A stretch of DNA of 64,000 nucleotides. Origin: Toensbergia leucococca (Eukaryota). The translations under genes were made by a program, and so were the position numbers. The notes beneath the pieces are model-generated. The model was not told where the DNA came from. It made no database searches and saw only the letters and a program-made list of their open reading frames with translations. The DNA lies in the NCBI GenBank assembly GCA_022813965.1, contig JALDZS010000021.1, positions 62,001 to 126,000 of the forward strand, read 5' to 3'. Below, in pieces: positions 1 to 11,900 of the stretch (the first letter of the stretch is position 1; each line of letters begins with the position of its first letter).

Positions 1-107
1 CGGGGTATTTATGTCTCTCTTCGTTCTCTTCTTTTTGTTCCTGTTCCTGTCATCATCTCATCGATACCGATATATATAAAGTTTTTCTTTCCTTTTCTTT
101 TCTTTTC

Positions 108-131
108 TTATATATATATATATATTATATA
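108..131. repeat. (TA)n microsatellite
   Basis: Run tatatatatatatatattatata directly upstream of the left copy of the direct repeat. Confidence 0.85.
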
Positions 132-134
132 CAC

Positions 135-404
135 CCCGAACTTAGGATTGGGGATTGCCGTTCTGGGTCGGGAAAGGGAGCAAGGCCGCTTTAGAGGGAG
201 CACCGAGGGAGCAGGGGAGAGCGTTGAGGGAGCAGGGGGAGCACTGGGGGAGCACTGGGGGAGCACTGGGGGAGCACTGAGGGAGCATTGAGGGAGCAGG
301 GGGAGCACTGGGGGAGCAGGGGGGGAGCACTGAGGGAGCATTGAGGGAGTAGGGTCTTGTGTTTCGCAGGGGCGCAGCATTTGGGAGCCAAAACTGGCTT
401 TATT
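135..404 (+). repeat. Left copy of a diverged direct repeat, internally expanded by a GGGGGAGCACT-type minisatellite
   Basis: CCCGAACTTAGGAT (135-148), AGGGAGCAAGGCCGCTTTAGAGGGAGCACCGAGGGAGCA (175-213) and AAACTGGCTTTATT (391-404) recur in the same order at 5161-5285. Positions ~196-350 are many 9-11 bp (G/A)GGGAGCA(CT) units. Confidence 0.75.
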
Positions 405-1244
405 CAGCCCGGCTTCAGTTGCCTACATTTTCCTTTAGACTCTGCCTCTACCAAGACCATAGAAATGCACTCCAAATTTATCATGCTTAGAGTCTAGCGC
501 GGACTCGGTTTGCTCCGCTTAAGGGTAGTTGCTTACCCTGAAGCGATTTGACTCAACAAGTTCGAAAAGGGTGTGTCGCAAAAGGCTGGCTTGAATTAGA
601 CTATTTTTAGTTCTTGAATCAAGATGGCTGTCGTGAGAAGGGAATTTTTTCTTGACTATTCGGCCATTCATCGCCCCCAAACACAGCCACGAATTTTATC
701 CAATATAATTAGAGGGGGCACCGGCATCCAATTGTGAGTATTGACTGCGTTCTAGGTCTCCGCAGTCTTGCAAAATCTACAAGACGCATAGGGGGGCGCT
801 AAGAACCTAACTGATTGGCCCAAGGCTAGAAAATAACCAGGGAGAAGGGCCTTTCTATTAAAGGAGGAAAGCTATGCTTTGTAAATCCGGCACCGTATCT
901 TCTTAAACTCCTGTCTCTCTCTCTCCTAGAATATTATTTTTCATTGCTTTGACCTCGAGAACTGTCCCTCCTCTCATTCGTATCGCCAAGCACATGCGTT
1001 TCATTAACACAGAAACTCTTATTTTTACAGAGGGCGCAGTTGAAATTACTAAAATCAATATGCGATTCTATCCCACACCTGGAAAACGGGAGAAGAGTTG
1101 ACATATCAAGATTTCCTAAACCTAGACAAAGCACGGCTTCTCCGCTCCATAAATGCCAGGCCTTAGGGATTGGCCTTGAGAAGATCAGTGCGCTTGGCTG
1201 GCATGGGAGGGGGACGATGCAGCAGGCGATTTCATGGCTCCATA

Positions 1245-1475
1245 TTCTCCACTTTGACGCTCCCATCGTCTCCTGTAGAGATCATAAGGTCGACATCCTG
1301 AACACCCATTTTGCTCTCATCCGGTGACTTTATTCGTCGTGTCGCCCACTTGTCATGGTTGACCTCGAAAACTCCCTGTACGGCTTCAGCATGAGCAATT
1401 ATCGCCCAAGTCGTGGAGTCGATGCTCGCCTCCCAACGTTCTTCGTGAACAACGATAGCTCCGTCGCCCGCCTGT
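1245..1475 (-). pseudogene. C-terminal fragment resembling the WD40 cytosolic Fe-S assembly protein Cia1
   Basis: ORF 1232-1567 contains GDGAIVVHEER..W.IIA...AVQGVFEVNHDKWA..MISTGDDGSVKV, which matches my recollection of the last two WD repeats of Pezizomycotina Cia1. The key His of AHG and the Trp after VKV are missing, and no upstream WD repeats are visible. Confidence 0.55.
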
Positions 1476-2129
1476 ACTGACAACACGTTCAGATTCTGCC
1501 CAGGCCACCGATGTTCCGGGGGCCTTTGTGACCTCGAATCAGGACCATGCTGGACATTCAGCCTCATAGTTGCAAACGTGATCAGTGTAGTCCCAGTTCT
1601 AGAACTTGAAAGGGGTTTTAGAGGTACTATAACGGTAAGGCATCAACAGTAAGCCATCGCACTAAAGCTGTGTAGTCTTACTGGCATTTAATTGTGTCAA
1701 CTCCTAGTGAAGCCATATCGAAGATTTGATGGAAGGATTCTATACAGTAGGGTGGATGATGATTGATTCTTCTAGCTATTGAAAATGCTAAGTACTGCTA
1801 AGTACAGTAGACTACCAAGCCTGGCTCAGGACAAGCTCAGGACACGTCACACAACAATGCCACAGCAAAAGGAAAAGGAACGCCTTCGTTGCCATAGGAT
1901 AGCTCATTGCAATCACCTTGGTACAGGATCCACTGCGACAGAAACAGCCCAGGTTAGGTACAGCAAAAGCTCACAAGAAAGACTTGCGGCAAGCCTCAAG
2001 AGACGGACAGGACACGAAAGCTCTCTTATCAACGGACTCGATAGCGCTCCACCATGACAGGCTACCTCCATGGACTGAAGACAAAGACGAGCCATCCTCA
2101 TTCCTCCTCCTTGACTGGGTCTTCAATTC

Positions 2130-3713
2130 TTAAGACCTATGTCTTCCACCATAAAACTCGTAGTTAAAGTTCCTCAACTCGGTTGCTGCCACGCAAATGC
2201 ATTGGTTGTTTTCATTCTTCTTAAAACGGAACAGTCCCAGAACCCCTGCTTGGTTGTCGAGCACTGGTGACCCGCAGCTACCATCGATGGGGGTTTTTTC
2301 TCCATTGTCCAACAGCAACCATTCATGGAGGACATAACTCGCATTAGAACCTTCCAACCTTAGTCCAACACCCAATATCGAACCATCGCAACTTCCAGAG
2401 AAAGGGTTGTTCATACTGAGCATGTCGTAAGTTCGCGTATGAGGCGCGAAGCCCGGGGCAAGTCCACTAAGGGTGTCTCCGGCAGGGTTTTCTGCCGTCC
2501 CAAACGTCTCGTTAAGGTACTCCAGACCCGATTCCAATTTCACAATCGAAATGTCGGTACCTGGGAGAACGTCGACGACTCGACCGATGACTCGGCCTGT
2601 GAGAGGATTCGGATGATATACTAAACCATCGTTTTCGAAGCCATGGGTAGCGACGGTGATGAAAATTTCTCCTTTGTCATTGGCGACCATAATACCAGAA
2701 GTTGTTGACTTCCATTCATCTTTCGTTTGGCCGTTCTTGTTACCTTTGATCAGTGAAGAAGCTAACATGATGCCGGGGCGGAGTAGAGTGTTTGATTCGC
2801 TCAGGTAGTCCGTATCATCATAATCCAAGCCTTGGGGAGCCTTTCTCCTCAACGCTGCAGGATCCAGCTCTGGATCTTCTGCTGCTGACTTGAAGTATAC
2901 AGGAGATCCAGCTATCCTCCGTGGTACTGCCTTCGAATCCGTCTCTTCCAATGTTGTTGCAACCCAACAGCCGCCAAACCAAAACAAGTCTCTTATTTTT
3001 GGCCCATATTCATTCAAATGTCTCGCTGCTCGAAACAAGACATCTTTTGAAAATGGAGTTTCCCGTTGCAAGTTGAATTCCTGCAACACCATAGGGCCTC
3101 GTGCTAAGTGACCCTTTTCGAAGCCGTTTGAATTTGGATCTGTTGTCAGGTGAAGCGGTAAATTGCCAACTGTGAAAGGCCAAGGCTTTGGTGGTAGCTC
3201 CCTTACTCTAATGATGAGATATGGAGGATACACTAGAATATCGAAGGTCCTCGGGAACAATTTTGTCAACAGTGACCAGTCGCCTGCTGGAGGACCCTCA
3301 GCCCGACCATCTTGGACAAGCGAGTAGGGCAGCTTGAAGTGTTTTGACTTGGCCAAGCTTTCCAGAAATTCCTTGTTTTGGCTGTTGGGGACAAGATCGA
3401 ATTGCGACTCTAAGTAAAATAATTAGTAATCTGAATGACACCTTGCTTGCCTTCAAGAAAAAGCAAAGGAAGAAGCGGGAAAATACATACCAAGCTCCAG
3501 AACGTTGCCTACTTTATTCCCTCCGATCTTCTTAGATGGTGAACCGCTTTCAGCGGACGAGGAAACTTGTCGCTTGGAAGGCGTAAGGACGATGATGGAT
3601 GAGAGAGCGGTCTTCTCAAGAGATGGTGTCTTTCCCCGCAAAGGCGCGATGGATACCAAAGTACTTGAGTGAGTCTTAGAAGGGGAATATGTGAAACCTT
3701 GATAGGCATCCAT
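2130..3713 (-). CDS. Chymotrypsin-fold protease-like protein (~500 aa) with putative Cys nucleophile
   Basis: Exon 1 3713-3491 (GTATGT donor) splices in frame to exon 2 3409-2130 (CTAAT branch, TAG acceptor). Motifs ITVATHGF, GTDISIVKL and DGSCGSPVL occur in His-Asp-nucleophile order. Confidence 0.7.
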
Positions 3714-4479
3714 TTTCGGAGGCTAATGCTACCGTATTGAAAACCGAAAGAGCGTTCAAGTCTTAGATGTCAAGGACTATATGTTTGATGGTTTGGAGTT
3801 GGTGATAAAGACGTATTGGCAATGTAGAAAGGCGAGAACCAAGTAAAACTTTGTAGGTTGTGTTAAAGCAAAGGATTGAAAGGTTCTGACAACCAGGAAA
3901 CTCAAAAGGGTGTGAGGTTCTCTGATGGTACTGAGTACTTGATGAAGATTGACTGGTAGTAGACAAAATGAAAGATGAGCGGAAAAGATTTGATGATGAG
4001 ACTCAAGATAAAGAGGTAGTCTTTCCCGCAGCATAAATGTGAAATGAAAATGGTAGAAATAGGAAGATTTATTAAATGTGAGATGGGGGCAAAACTTTTT
4101 CCGGTGAGTCACCAACGGTAGAGAAGAGTTTTTTTTTTTTAATTTTATTTCTTCATTTCTGCATGCAGCCTTGAGGCTATGGCAACTAAGATACATATGT
4201 GTGAGAAAACCTTATGTCAGGTGAAAAACTCATGTGTTTCTGAGGGGTATACAGCTTGAAGTCCGTCTATGACTGCACACACTCAGGTGATTGAGCATGA
4301 GGAAATCCTGCATTGCTGCTGACTCGAAATCCTTGACAGTGTGATTCATCATAGGCCATGAATATTGACGTAGATACTCAGGATGAGAAGTTGCCTTACT
4401 CATGAACTTCTATTAGATTCTTATCAATAGCTGTTGGCGCGAGCATGACGCATTGAAAGCTGAGCTTTCAAATTCAGTG

Positions 4480-4850
4480 TATGTAGATCTATCACATTGA
4501 TAGACCTGTTCTTTGAGGTGGAGGCAGGCCATTCATGCTGTGCAATGAGCTTCTGATGTCATGTTTGTAGATTCATCCGTGGATCAAGTCTTTGAAGTGA
4601 AAGCTGGCCATGCGTATGGGCTTCCGATGTCGCATTTGTAGATCTATCGCGTTGATAGACCTGATCGTTGAGGGTGGATGCTGGCCATTCATGCTGTGCA
4701 ATGGGCTTCCGATGTCATTTTTGTAGGCCTATCCACGCGTGGATAAACCTGGTCTTTTGAGGATGGAGGCTGGCCATTCATGCTGTGCAATGAGCTTCCG
4801 ATGTCGTTCTTGTAGGCCTATCCACGAGTGAATAGACCTGGTCTTTGTGG
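4480..4850. repeat. Degenerate tandem array (period 77-89 bp) with a conserved 37-bp core and hairpin-forming linkers
   Basis: Core GC(T/A)GGCCATTCATGCTGTGCAATG(A/G)GCTTC(C/T)GATGTC at 4524, 4680 and 4769, with a shortened copy at 4603. Linkers follow the pattern TGTAG..CTATC-loop-GATAGACCTG. Confidence 0.85.
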
Positions 4851-5160
4851 AGATCTCTAGGCTCTGCTGAATACTGCAAGCAGTAACAACAGGTTCGTAG
4901 CCGGCAGCACGTACAGCTGGATCTCATCGCTGGCCGGTAGAAAAGAGTGAATTCACGGGACAACCCTACACCCTACAATAGATCAGCTGAGCCTGCAAGC
5001 GCGCCGTGAGTGCTCAGCACTGGTCAATTCTGAAGTCTTCGGTGGGGTAGAAGGATGAAATAATACTACAGCTTGTCTACTTTACCTAACTATCAGGCTA
5101 CTTATAAACTCCGTTCAAGCTGAAAAATTCCGCCAATGGCAATCTATTATAGGTATATAT

Positions 5161-5285
5161 CCCGAACTTAGGATCTAAAGTTGCCATTCCCATGACCGAC
5201 GATAGGGAGCAGGGCCGCTTCAAAGTGAGCACCGAGCGAGCACCGAGCGAGCACGGGGGAGCATATCAACGAAACGGGCTTTATT
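5161..5285 (+). repeat. Right copy of the diverged direct repeat
   Basis: CCCGAACTTAGGAT (5161-5174), AGGGAGCAGGGCCGCTTCAAAGTGAGCACCGAGCGAGCA (5204-5242), AAACGGGCTTTATT (5272-5285). Preceded by TATAT like the left copy. Confidence 0.75.
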
Positions 5286-5391
5286 ATAGAAGCAGAGTGA
5301 CGGCGGAAATGTTCCGCTCCATTGCTAGAGAAACATCTGCTCACAAACTGCACCACTATCCGTAGTACCAGTGAGCAAGTCACTGCTATTC

Positions 5392-7302
5392 ATGACTACC
5401 GTTACGCTCCATACGCCCAGACTTCCTGAGCATTGCCCTCACTATCTGCCTACCTCCTGTGCACTGACATCTACACCACAATGTTGTGCCTGCAGGGACA
5501 AGAGGCCCCACTCAGAATCTTACAGCAAATACATTGACGGAGTCGGCTTTGTCCTACGAGGTACCAGACAAGAGCGATACTGCTGGACCTGCAAGGGTTT
5601 GATCGTCTCCAGTCGCCCAACTATTGGTCGCTGCTAACCTACTCTTCAAGAATTCTGGAACGCTCGGATTGCAGCTACACACCCTCCACTGAGGCAATCA
5701 CAGACTCGATTGCCCGACATTCCTGATGTCACCATATTTCTAGAGCAGTGGTACGATTGGTATCAAGGCTACAGGATTATCCAGCGTAGTGATGGGACGC
5801 AAGAGCAGCAGGTACTAGAGGGGGAAAGGCTGCATGACGTTCCTCCGGGCCTTCTCCCACGAACACAGGAGGAGCTAGAATCGGATGAACATTCCGGAAG
5901 TTCTTCACATCTACGAGCAGTTGAAAGCGTGTTCAACACCTATCTTTCCACGCCAAGGGAGCTAGAAACTCTCGACTTACCTGGTGAGAACCTTAACACG
6001 CTTCCAAATGAGCGAGAAGACACGCTCGATCCTGAAGACACAATATTCGATTTAACATCCACACCATTTCGCCGTCAGAGCTCCAACACGCTCATAGAGA
6101 GTTTCAACACTTTTTTACCCGAGCGAGAACAACCCATCTCCTTCATCGACCCAGAACACAGAACATTAAACCTCCCATCTACCCAAGCACACCTTCAAGA
6201 AGACCACTCATCCGAACCTCAACCGGAAGGTCAGATATTTCATCCCTCGACGGGCACTTCAACCCGCCGTATTGAATCGCTACGTAGTGAGCTTCAACAC
6301 TTGCGAACAGCTATTGAGCGAATAATGTCAGGTCTTCAAGAGCTTGGAGGACAGATACCAGACTCGCAAAATGCAGAAAATGCCGAACGTAATCTAGATG
6401 ATATTCATTATCGACTTCAAGATTTTGAAATTCCCTTGCGCTTGACTGCAGCTTATCGATCCGAGATGGTCCGTTTCAATGGCAACAATGGCCACCGACC
6501 ATCGATGATGGCCGGCGATGTCCTTGAGAGGCCTCGTCGAGTCAGGACGGGCACTACAATTAACAATGGTGCCGTAAGACACCATTCTCCAGACGCGGCG
6601 ATGTTTGACACCACACGAAGAACAGACGCAGGCAACCGGACAGATGTTCGAGCTCAAATGGCAAACGCACGTCGCTATCTTGAAAACGAGCGTCGCCTAC
6701 TAGATCAATCCGCGGTGGGTAGACGAGAACACATGGGGGAGCTGATGAGAGCGATAAATGGCCCATCTTACGCTGACGAGTGGCATCACGACACCGGAGT
6801 ACCACCTTTTTCTGCGGGTCTACCAAACAGCCCATGGCTAGGAACGATGCCGATTCCCGTGGAAGCAGAGGCGGCAGGGCAGAGAGGCCTGGATCGAGAC
6901 GATGGGAGGCCAGCGCCCAAGGAGGCGGCCGAAATGATGTGCAATATGGAGTGCAAGATATGTTTCACTCAAGTGGCCTCAATTGCGCTGCTCCCTTGCG
7001 GTGAGCTGTGGGACTTAAGGCCTTGCTTTTGCTTGTATGTCGCGGACAGGGTTACTGATGACTTTTTGTTTAGGACACCTCGCTATGTGCGAATGGTGCG
7101 CGGAAATGAGTGTGCCCAGCCATCGGGCTGATAGGACACAGCCTGCTCACTCATCAGCTCGTGCGCCAATCAAGTGTCCGGTGTGCCGGTCGAAAGTGAA
7201 GCAGAGGGTAAGCAGTTGTCTTAAGCGGATTTCAAGATCATGATTTGGGGAGTGTTTTGCTAATACTCCTTTGAGCAGGTCAAAATCTATACCGTCGGAT
7301 AG
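5392..7302 (+). CDS. C3HC4 RING-finger protein (putative E3 ligase) with N-terminal Cys/His cluster
   Basis: Four exons (5392-5596, 5651-7000, ~7074-7207, 7279-7302) with canonical splice sites. C-terminal CKIC..LLPCGHLAMCEWC..CPVCR; N-terminal HCPH..C..QCCAC..H..RYCWTCKEFW. Confidence 0.85.
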
Positions 7303-7730
7303 TTCTTGGTTACCGTTCCAAAACCATCATGGTTGGTGCAGCTTGATAGAATTGATTTTGCATTGAGATCGAGGGAAAATAGCGGGGGGATAGACTTCTT
7401 TTCCATTTCAAGTTGGTAAAAATTCAATGTTGTTTAGAGGCTACTAACACACTGACACCCATCTGAAAAGCACATGTTTTGCTTTGAAGAAAATGGGGTT
7501 CATTCCAAGGAAACATATTTCGTTGTTTCTTTTCTGCAGTAGGGTTTGAGCCGAGTTTGCTCATAGTTAGGGGCAACAAAGAGAACAAAGGTAGAGGGTG
7601 CTCCATGAATATTCCCAGTAGGTAAATCGAGAAGTATCCCTAGATCTTATGACCAGCCCCGAGTAAAAGTGCATTCAAAGATGCACCTATGTTATATGTA
7701 GGAGTCCATATCTCGAACGCACAACCCAAA

Positions 7731-8599
7731 TCAAAAGTCTTGCACGCCCGTCTGGCCCCTAACAGCCAAATCCCCCACCCCATCCCCATCCTGCCAACCA
7801 ACCCAACACGGCTCCTCCTCCTCAAACCACCTCTCCTCCACCTCCCTCTCCTCAACCCCACGATCATCAAACCCCTCCTCCCCATCAACAACCTCATACT
7901 CAAAGTCCTTATCCCCACCCCTCAAAAACAGTGCCTCAACCTCCTCCCGCCACCTCCGCGTCCCCTCCTCCTTACTCGCCGGCACCTCATCCCTCTCCCC
8001 CTCCTCATCCCCCTCCTCCTCCTCCTCCTCCTCCTCATCCACAACAATCTCCCCGCCCTCCTCGCCTCGGCGGTACCCCATCACGATAGCCTGGTGATGG
8101 GACGGATGATGCGCCCGCGCCGCCTCGACCTTGGCTTCCGCTCGCCACAGATCCGCCTCCAGAACGCCCGAATATCCCTTTTTGCGACCCTCGGCTTCGC
8201 GCTCGGCGGGGGATTGGAAGCGGCGTATGAGGCGGTCGTAGGATAGAGGATCTTTATTTTTTAAATTTTGTTTGTTAGGCTGGTTGTCATCAGTTGGAGG
8301 CGCGCATGTTAAAGAATGGGACGAAGGGGGAAAGGGGAGAAAGAGGGGGGGGGGAGAGACAGACCTGCGAGTTCGTGGGATGGGGAGGAGAAGTATTCGG
8401 GGTGGGTGTCTAGGTAGCGCTTTCGTCTGTTTTTGACTCTGATGCGGGCGGTCGTGTTGGGTGATTTTTCGCGGGGACGGGAAACGGATGGGATCGCCTG
8501 TGGAGGGGAGCGGGTGGGAGATGAGGTTTGTGCATTCTCGTGGAGCTCCTCAGAGGCTTCTTCGTGGCTCTTGGATGGAAATATTGGTGGGAGAGTCAT
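7731..8599 (-). CDS. CCDC97/DUF2052-like protein
   Basis: Exon 1 8599-8365 (KNRRKRYLDTHPEYF) splices to exon 2 8251-7731 (DPLSYDRLIRRFQSPAERE...RWREEVEALFLRGGDKDFEYEVVD...EERWF). Confidence 0.8.
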
Positions 8600-8982
8600 G
8601 GTAGGGGCTTTGGATGTAGGAACACTCGTGCATGAAACATTAAAGTCACTGTACGAGTACGAGACGAACATGCGGAGGATCGCTGCAGGGTTTTCTAGCC
8701 CTATTCTAGATACATGGTGAGCGTCACTAGCGCCTTTCGTTCAATCCTCGAATCGTGCCCCAACCATTAAATTGAGAGTCTTTCGGAGGTAAGGTATCGA
8801 CAGGATATCACTAACATAAAAGTGTTCCCTGTTGGTGGCAGTATGATTCCCATCTCGGCGCTATATGGGTTTCTAGCCCACGCCATCACTCATGGTGGTG
8901 AAAAGATGCAATCGGTGGACACATTAGAAGTATGACACGCTAAGAACTCGTCCACAGAGATGATACTCTACCCAGACAAATG

Positions 8983-11900
8983 TCATCTCTCAAATTCAAC
9001 CAGCTTTCCTCCAAGCCCATTCACCTTTTCCATACTCGTAGGCACCTCTTCCGATCCTTTCGTTGCCAACCCAAACTCCGCCTCCGCCCCTTCGAGCAGA
9101 TCCCGATCATCCTCCCTAACACTTTTCCTATCCGAATCGATACTGTATACGGCCGACGTCTTTCGTTCATCATCATCATCCTCGTCATCTTCACCACGTG
9201 CCATGGCATTCTTCTCCGCCTCTCGCTGGGCTTCATCAACGCGTTTGCGGACTTCAGCCGCAACTCTCATTCCATCACTGACGATGTTGTCGAGGACACC
9301 ACGCAAGCCTTTGCTCGGAGGCACAACGCCTCCATTAGGTATGACTGGAACGGGCGCGGTTTGGGAGTTCAGGCTGCTGAAGGTAGTGAGGGAGGAGGAT
9401 TGTGTAGAAGACGTGGTTGGGCTACGTTGTAGAGGGGAAGAAGGAGGTGGGGATAGTCTAAAGGATTCGGGAAACCAAGACTCGAAGAATTGCTGCAGAA
9501 GCTCGTCCGCCAGAATGACCATTCGAAACGTGGGAAGTGTTATATGTAGAGGATGAGCAGGATCAAGAGCTAGGTTTGCAGAATGTTGGGAGGACGATTT
9601 GGGCAGGTCTGGTAAAGGTTGTTGTCGTCGTGGCTCAATGGACTCATAATTTGGTGCATGGAACTGCATGTTTGCACTCTTAGTCTCACGTGGAGCAATT
9701 TCGCTCGACTCTTCTAGGTCAAGTATATCTTCATCGTCGTCATCTCCAATAGAGAAAGTGTCAACTCCAGATATGGGGTGGGCTTCATTGGTTTCGTTCT
9801 CTCGGTGATCTGGATCTGCGTACTCAAAGCAACGTCGAATGAAGGCGCTAATGCTGCTGAGGAATCTTTCATCGGTGCTTGCATTTGCGGTGCTTTTCAA
9901 CCCGTTGTCTATGCTGTATATCGACTCGTTGAAACCGTTCGTGGATGATGATGGGGTTAAGCTCCCCTCAAGACCTCTTCGCGTAAGGAAAAGTAAGGCC
10001 TCTGAAATGCGCAGTATGCCTTCCCGGTCCACTCTGCCGTCTTGTTCATCATCGTACAAGTCAAAAAAGTAGCTGATACTCGTCATAATATCTCTCGTTC
10101 CCTTGACCAGTGCTAGTCCAGACACGACGTTTTGCAAGCTCAAGCCATCATTATCGTTCTTGTTCCATCGACCATAAAGACGTTGCATGAAATCGTGGTC
10201 TGCAGGCTCGGGATTGCCAGTACCCCAAGGAGAGAGCGAAAGGCTGCGTTTCCTCGTGCTATTCCCCGCGTATGTGTGGTTTTCTTTCTCCAAAGCGGAG
10301 TCTTTCTGTGAAGGTGTTGGCGCGTCTGTAATTGCCCATCGTGCTATACCCGCCAAAAATTCCCTGAAACCATCGTAGTTCATAAGCGTAGGACTTGGGC
10401 CTAGACCCACGCGACCCATCTCAACACTACTTGGACCCGTTACACTAGCAACAAGCCCACCTGTTCTGCCAACACCTGCCCTGGCCCGTCTGTCAGACTC
10501 TTCACGAAGCAATTGCATTCGTTGTTGTCGTTCATACAGTATGCCGTAGAATCGGTCGTAGAGAAGGCCTAGATCGTCTAAACTAAGACGCTTGCTATCA
10601 GGGCCAAGGTTTCGTATCGAGGTCCTCTTTGCGAAACTCTCAATATTATCAAGTACTGCGTCCTTGTGCTTCGATCTTTGATCCGATATGGTGCTTTGTG
10701 TAATACCCGCAAATTCCTTGAACGCTACGACCATGAGCTCTTGAAACCGTGTCACGGAGCGCAGCTTCACGTTTTCTGACTTTGGATGTGCAGACTCGTC
10801 CAGACGAGAGAAGTAATTTTTCAGTATTGAAATGAATGTTCCGTCGTCAGTAACGTCGAGGAGCTCTTCTCCGTTGATTCTCAATATGGCTAGGCCGACT
10901 TGAAAAAGTACCTTTGCTCCTTCGAGGAAGAAGACGTCGAGTACCCGGAAAGCAAATACCAGTGGCATGGAATTTATAAATAAAGAAAGAAACCACGGAA
11001 GGGAGACTACTGAGAGCTGAACATCCGATTTGACTAGATGATCCCAAAGAACCGGCATGGTCTTCTCAACCAAAGATTCGAACACACGCTGATCCAAGAG
11101 AGTCCCATACATCGTGGTGGAGTAATAACCAGGCAAAAGTCGGTCGCACAAAACGGACAATATGAAAAACGCTTGCGATTCGGACATGTATCTGATTTTG
11201 TCAACTCAGGATCTGGGGCAGGAATATTTACTGACATGAGAAGTGCTGCAACGACTATATTCATGGCTTGACAGTAGCCCACCTCTTCGTTGATCCAACT
11301 ATAGGCTGTCAGTACGCGCCTGAGTCGACCAATTCCTTCTTCACTTTGGAAGCCTGGGTACTCCGGCAAGCTGCGATTTAGATCCTTCTCGATCTCATCG
11401 ATGGCTAACGACTCGCGGCCGGAAAATTTGGCAAGAGTATCAGTAAAGAGCTTGGGCCTTTGTAACCGGATGAATAAAGAGCCAGACGTAAGCTCCCAGA
11501 TTTCCCCTCGAAGACGATTCGGAAGCCCCACCCGAATGAGCTTGTGGAAAGTAGGTTGCCGGATCAGAGTGGCATTTCGACCATTCTCTACTCTGCGGTC
11601 AACTAAGGCATTGAAGTGCAACAAGTAGCTAACCTCGAAGATATTCTCCCCATAATCTCATCTTACTTCGATCTCGCAATTTCTTGGCATCTCCAGGGTA
11701 TCTAAAGACCATACCCAGGCCAGCGTCTGGAGGTTCCCTGTCCCCGTTGACTGCTTTTTTGTCATCACTTCTACCTTTAATATAGCTAGAAAGTAAATAC
11801 TCGGAGTAACACTCGGCAATTACAGCCTTCAGGTTCCCAACTTCTTTGACACCGTCCCTCAATCCTCTCTTCAGAGCGTCGCAGAATATCTCGCAGGATT

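Noticed and set aside
108..391. Three overlapping minus-strand ORFs with PQCSPSAPP repeats
   Set aside because: They are translations of the G-rich minisatellite in all frames, with no independent coding evidence.
4480..4850. CRISPR-like appearance (37-bp repeat with 40-50 bp spacers)
   Set aside because: The spacers are homologous to each other, the context is eukaryotic and no cas genes are present; reported as a tandem array instead.
1..5300. Autonomous transposon, LTR element or Starship
   Set aside because: No transposase, RT/integrase or tyrosine recombinase ORF, and no TG..CA LTR ends or inverted termini found by eye.
7640..8246. ORFs 7689-8246 (+) and 7640-7918 (-)
   Set aside because: Antisense or alternate-frame shadows of the skewed CCDC97-like exon.
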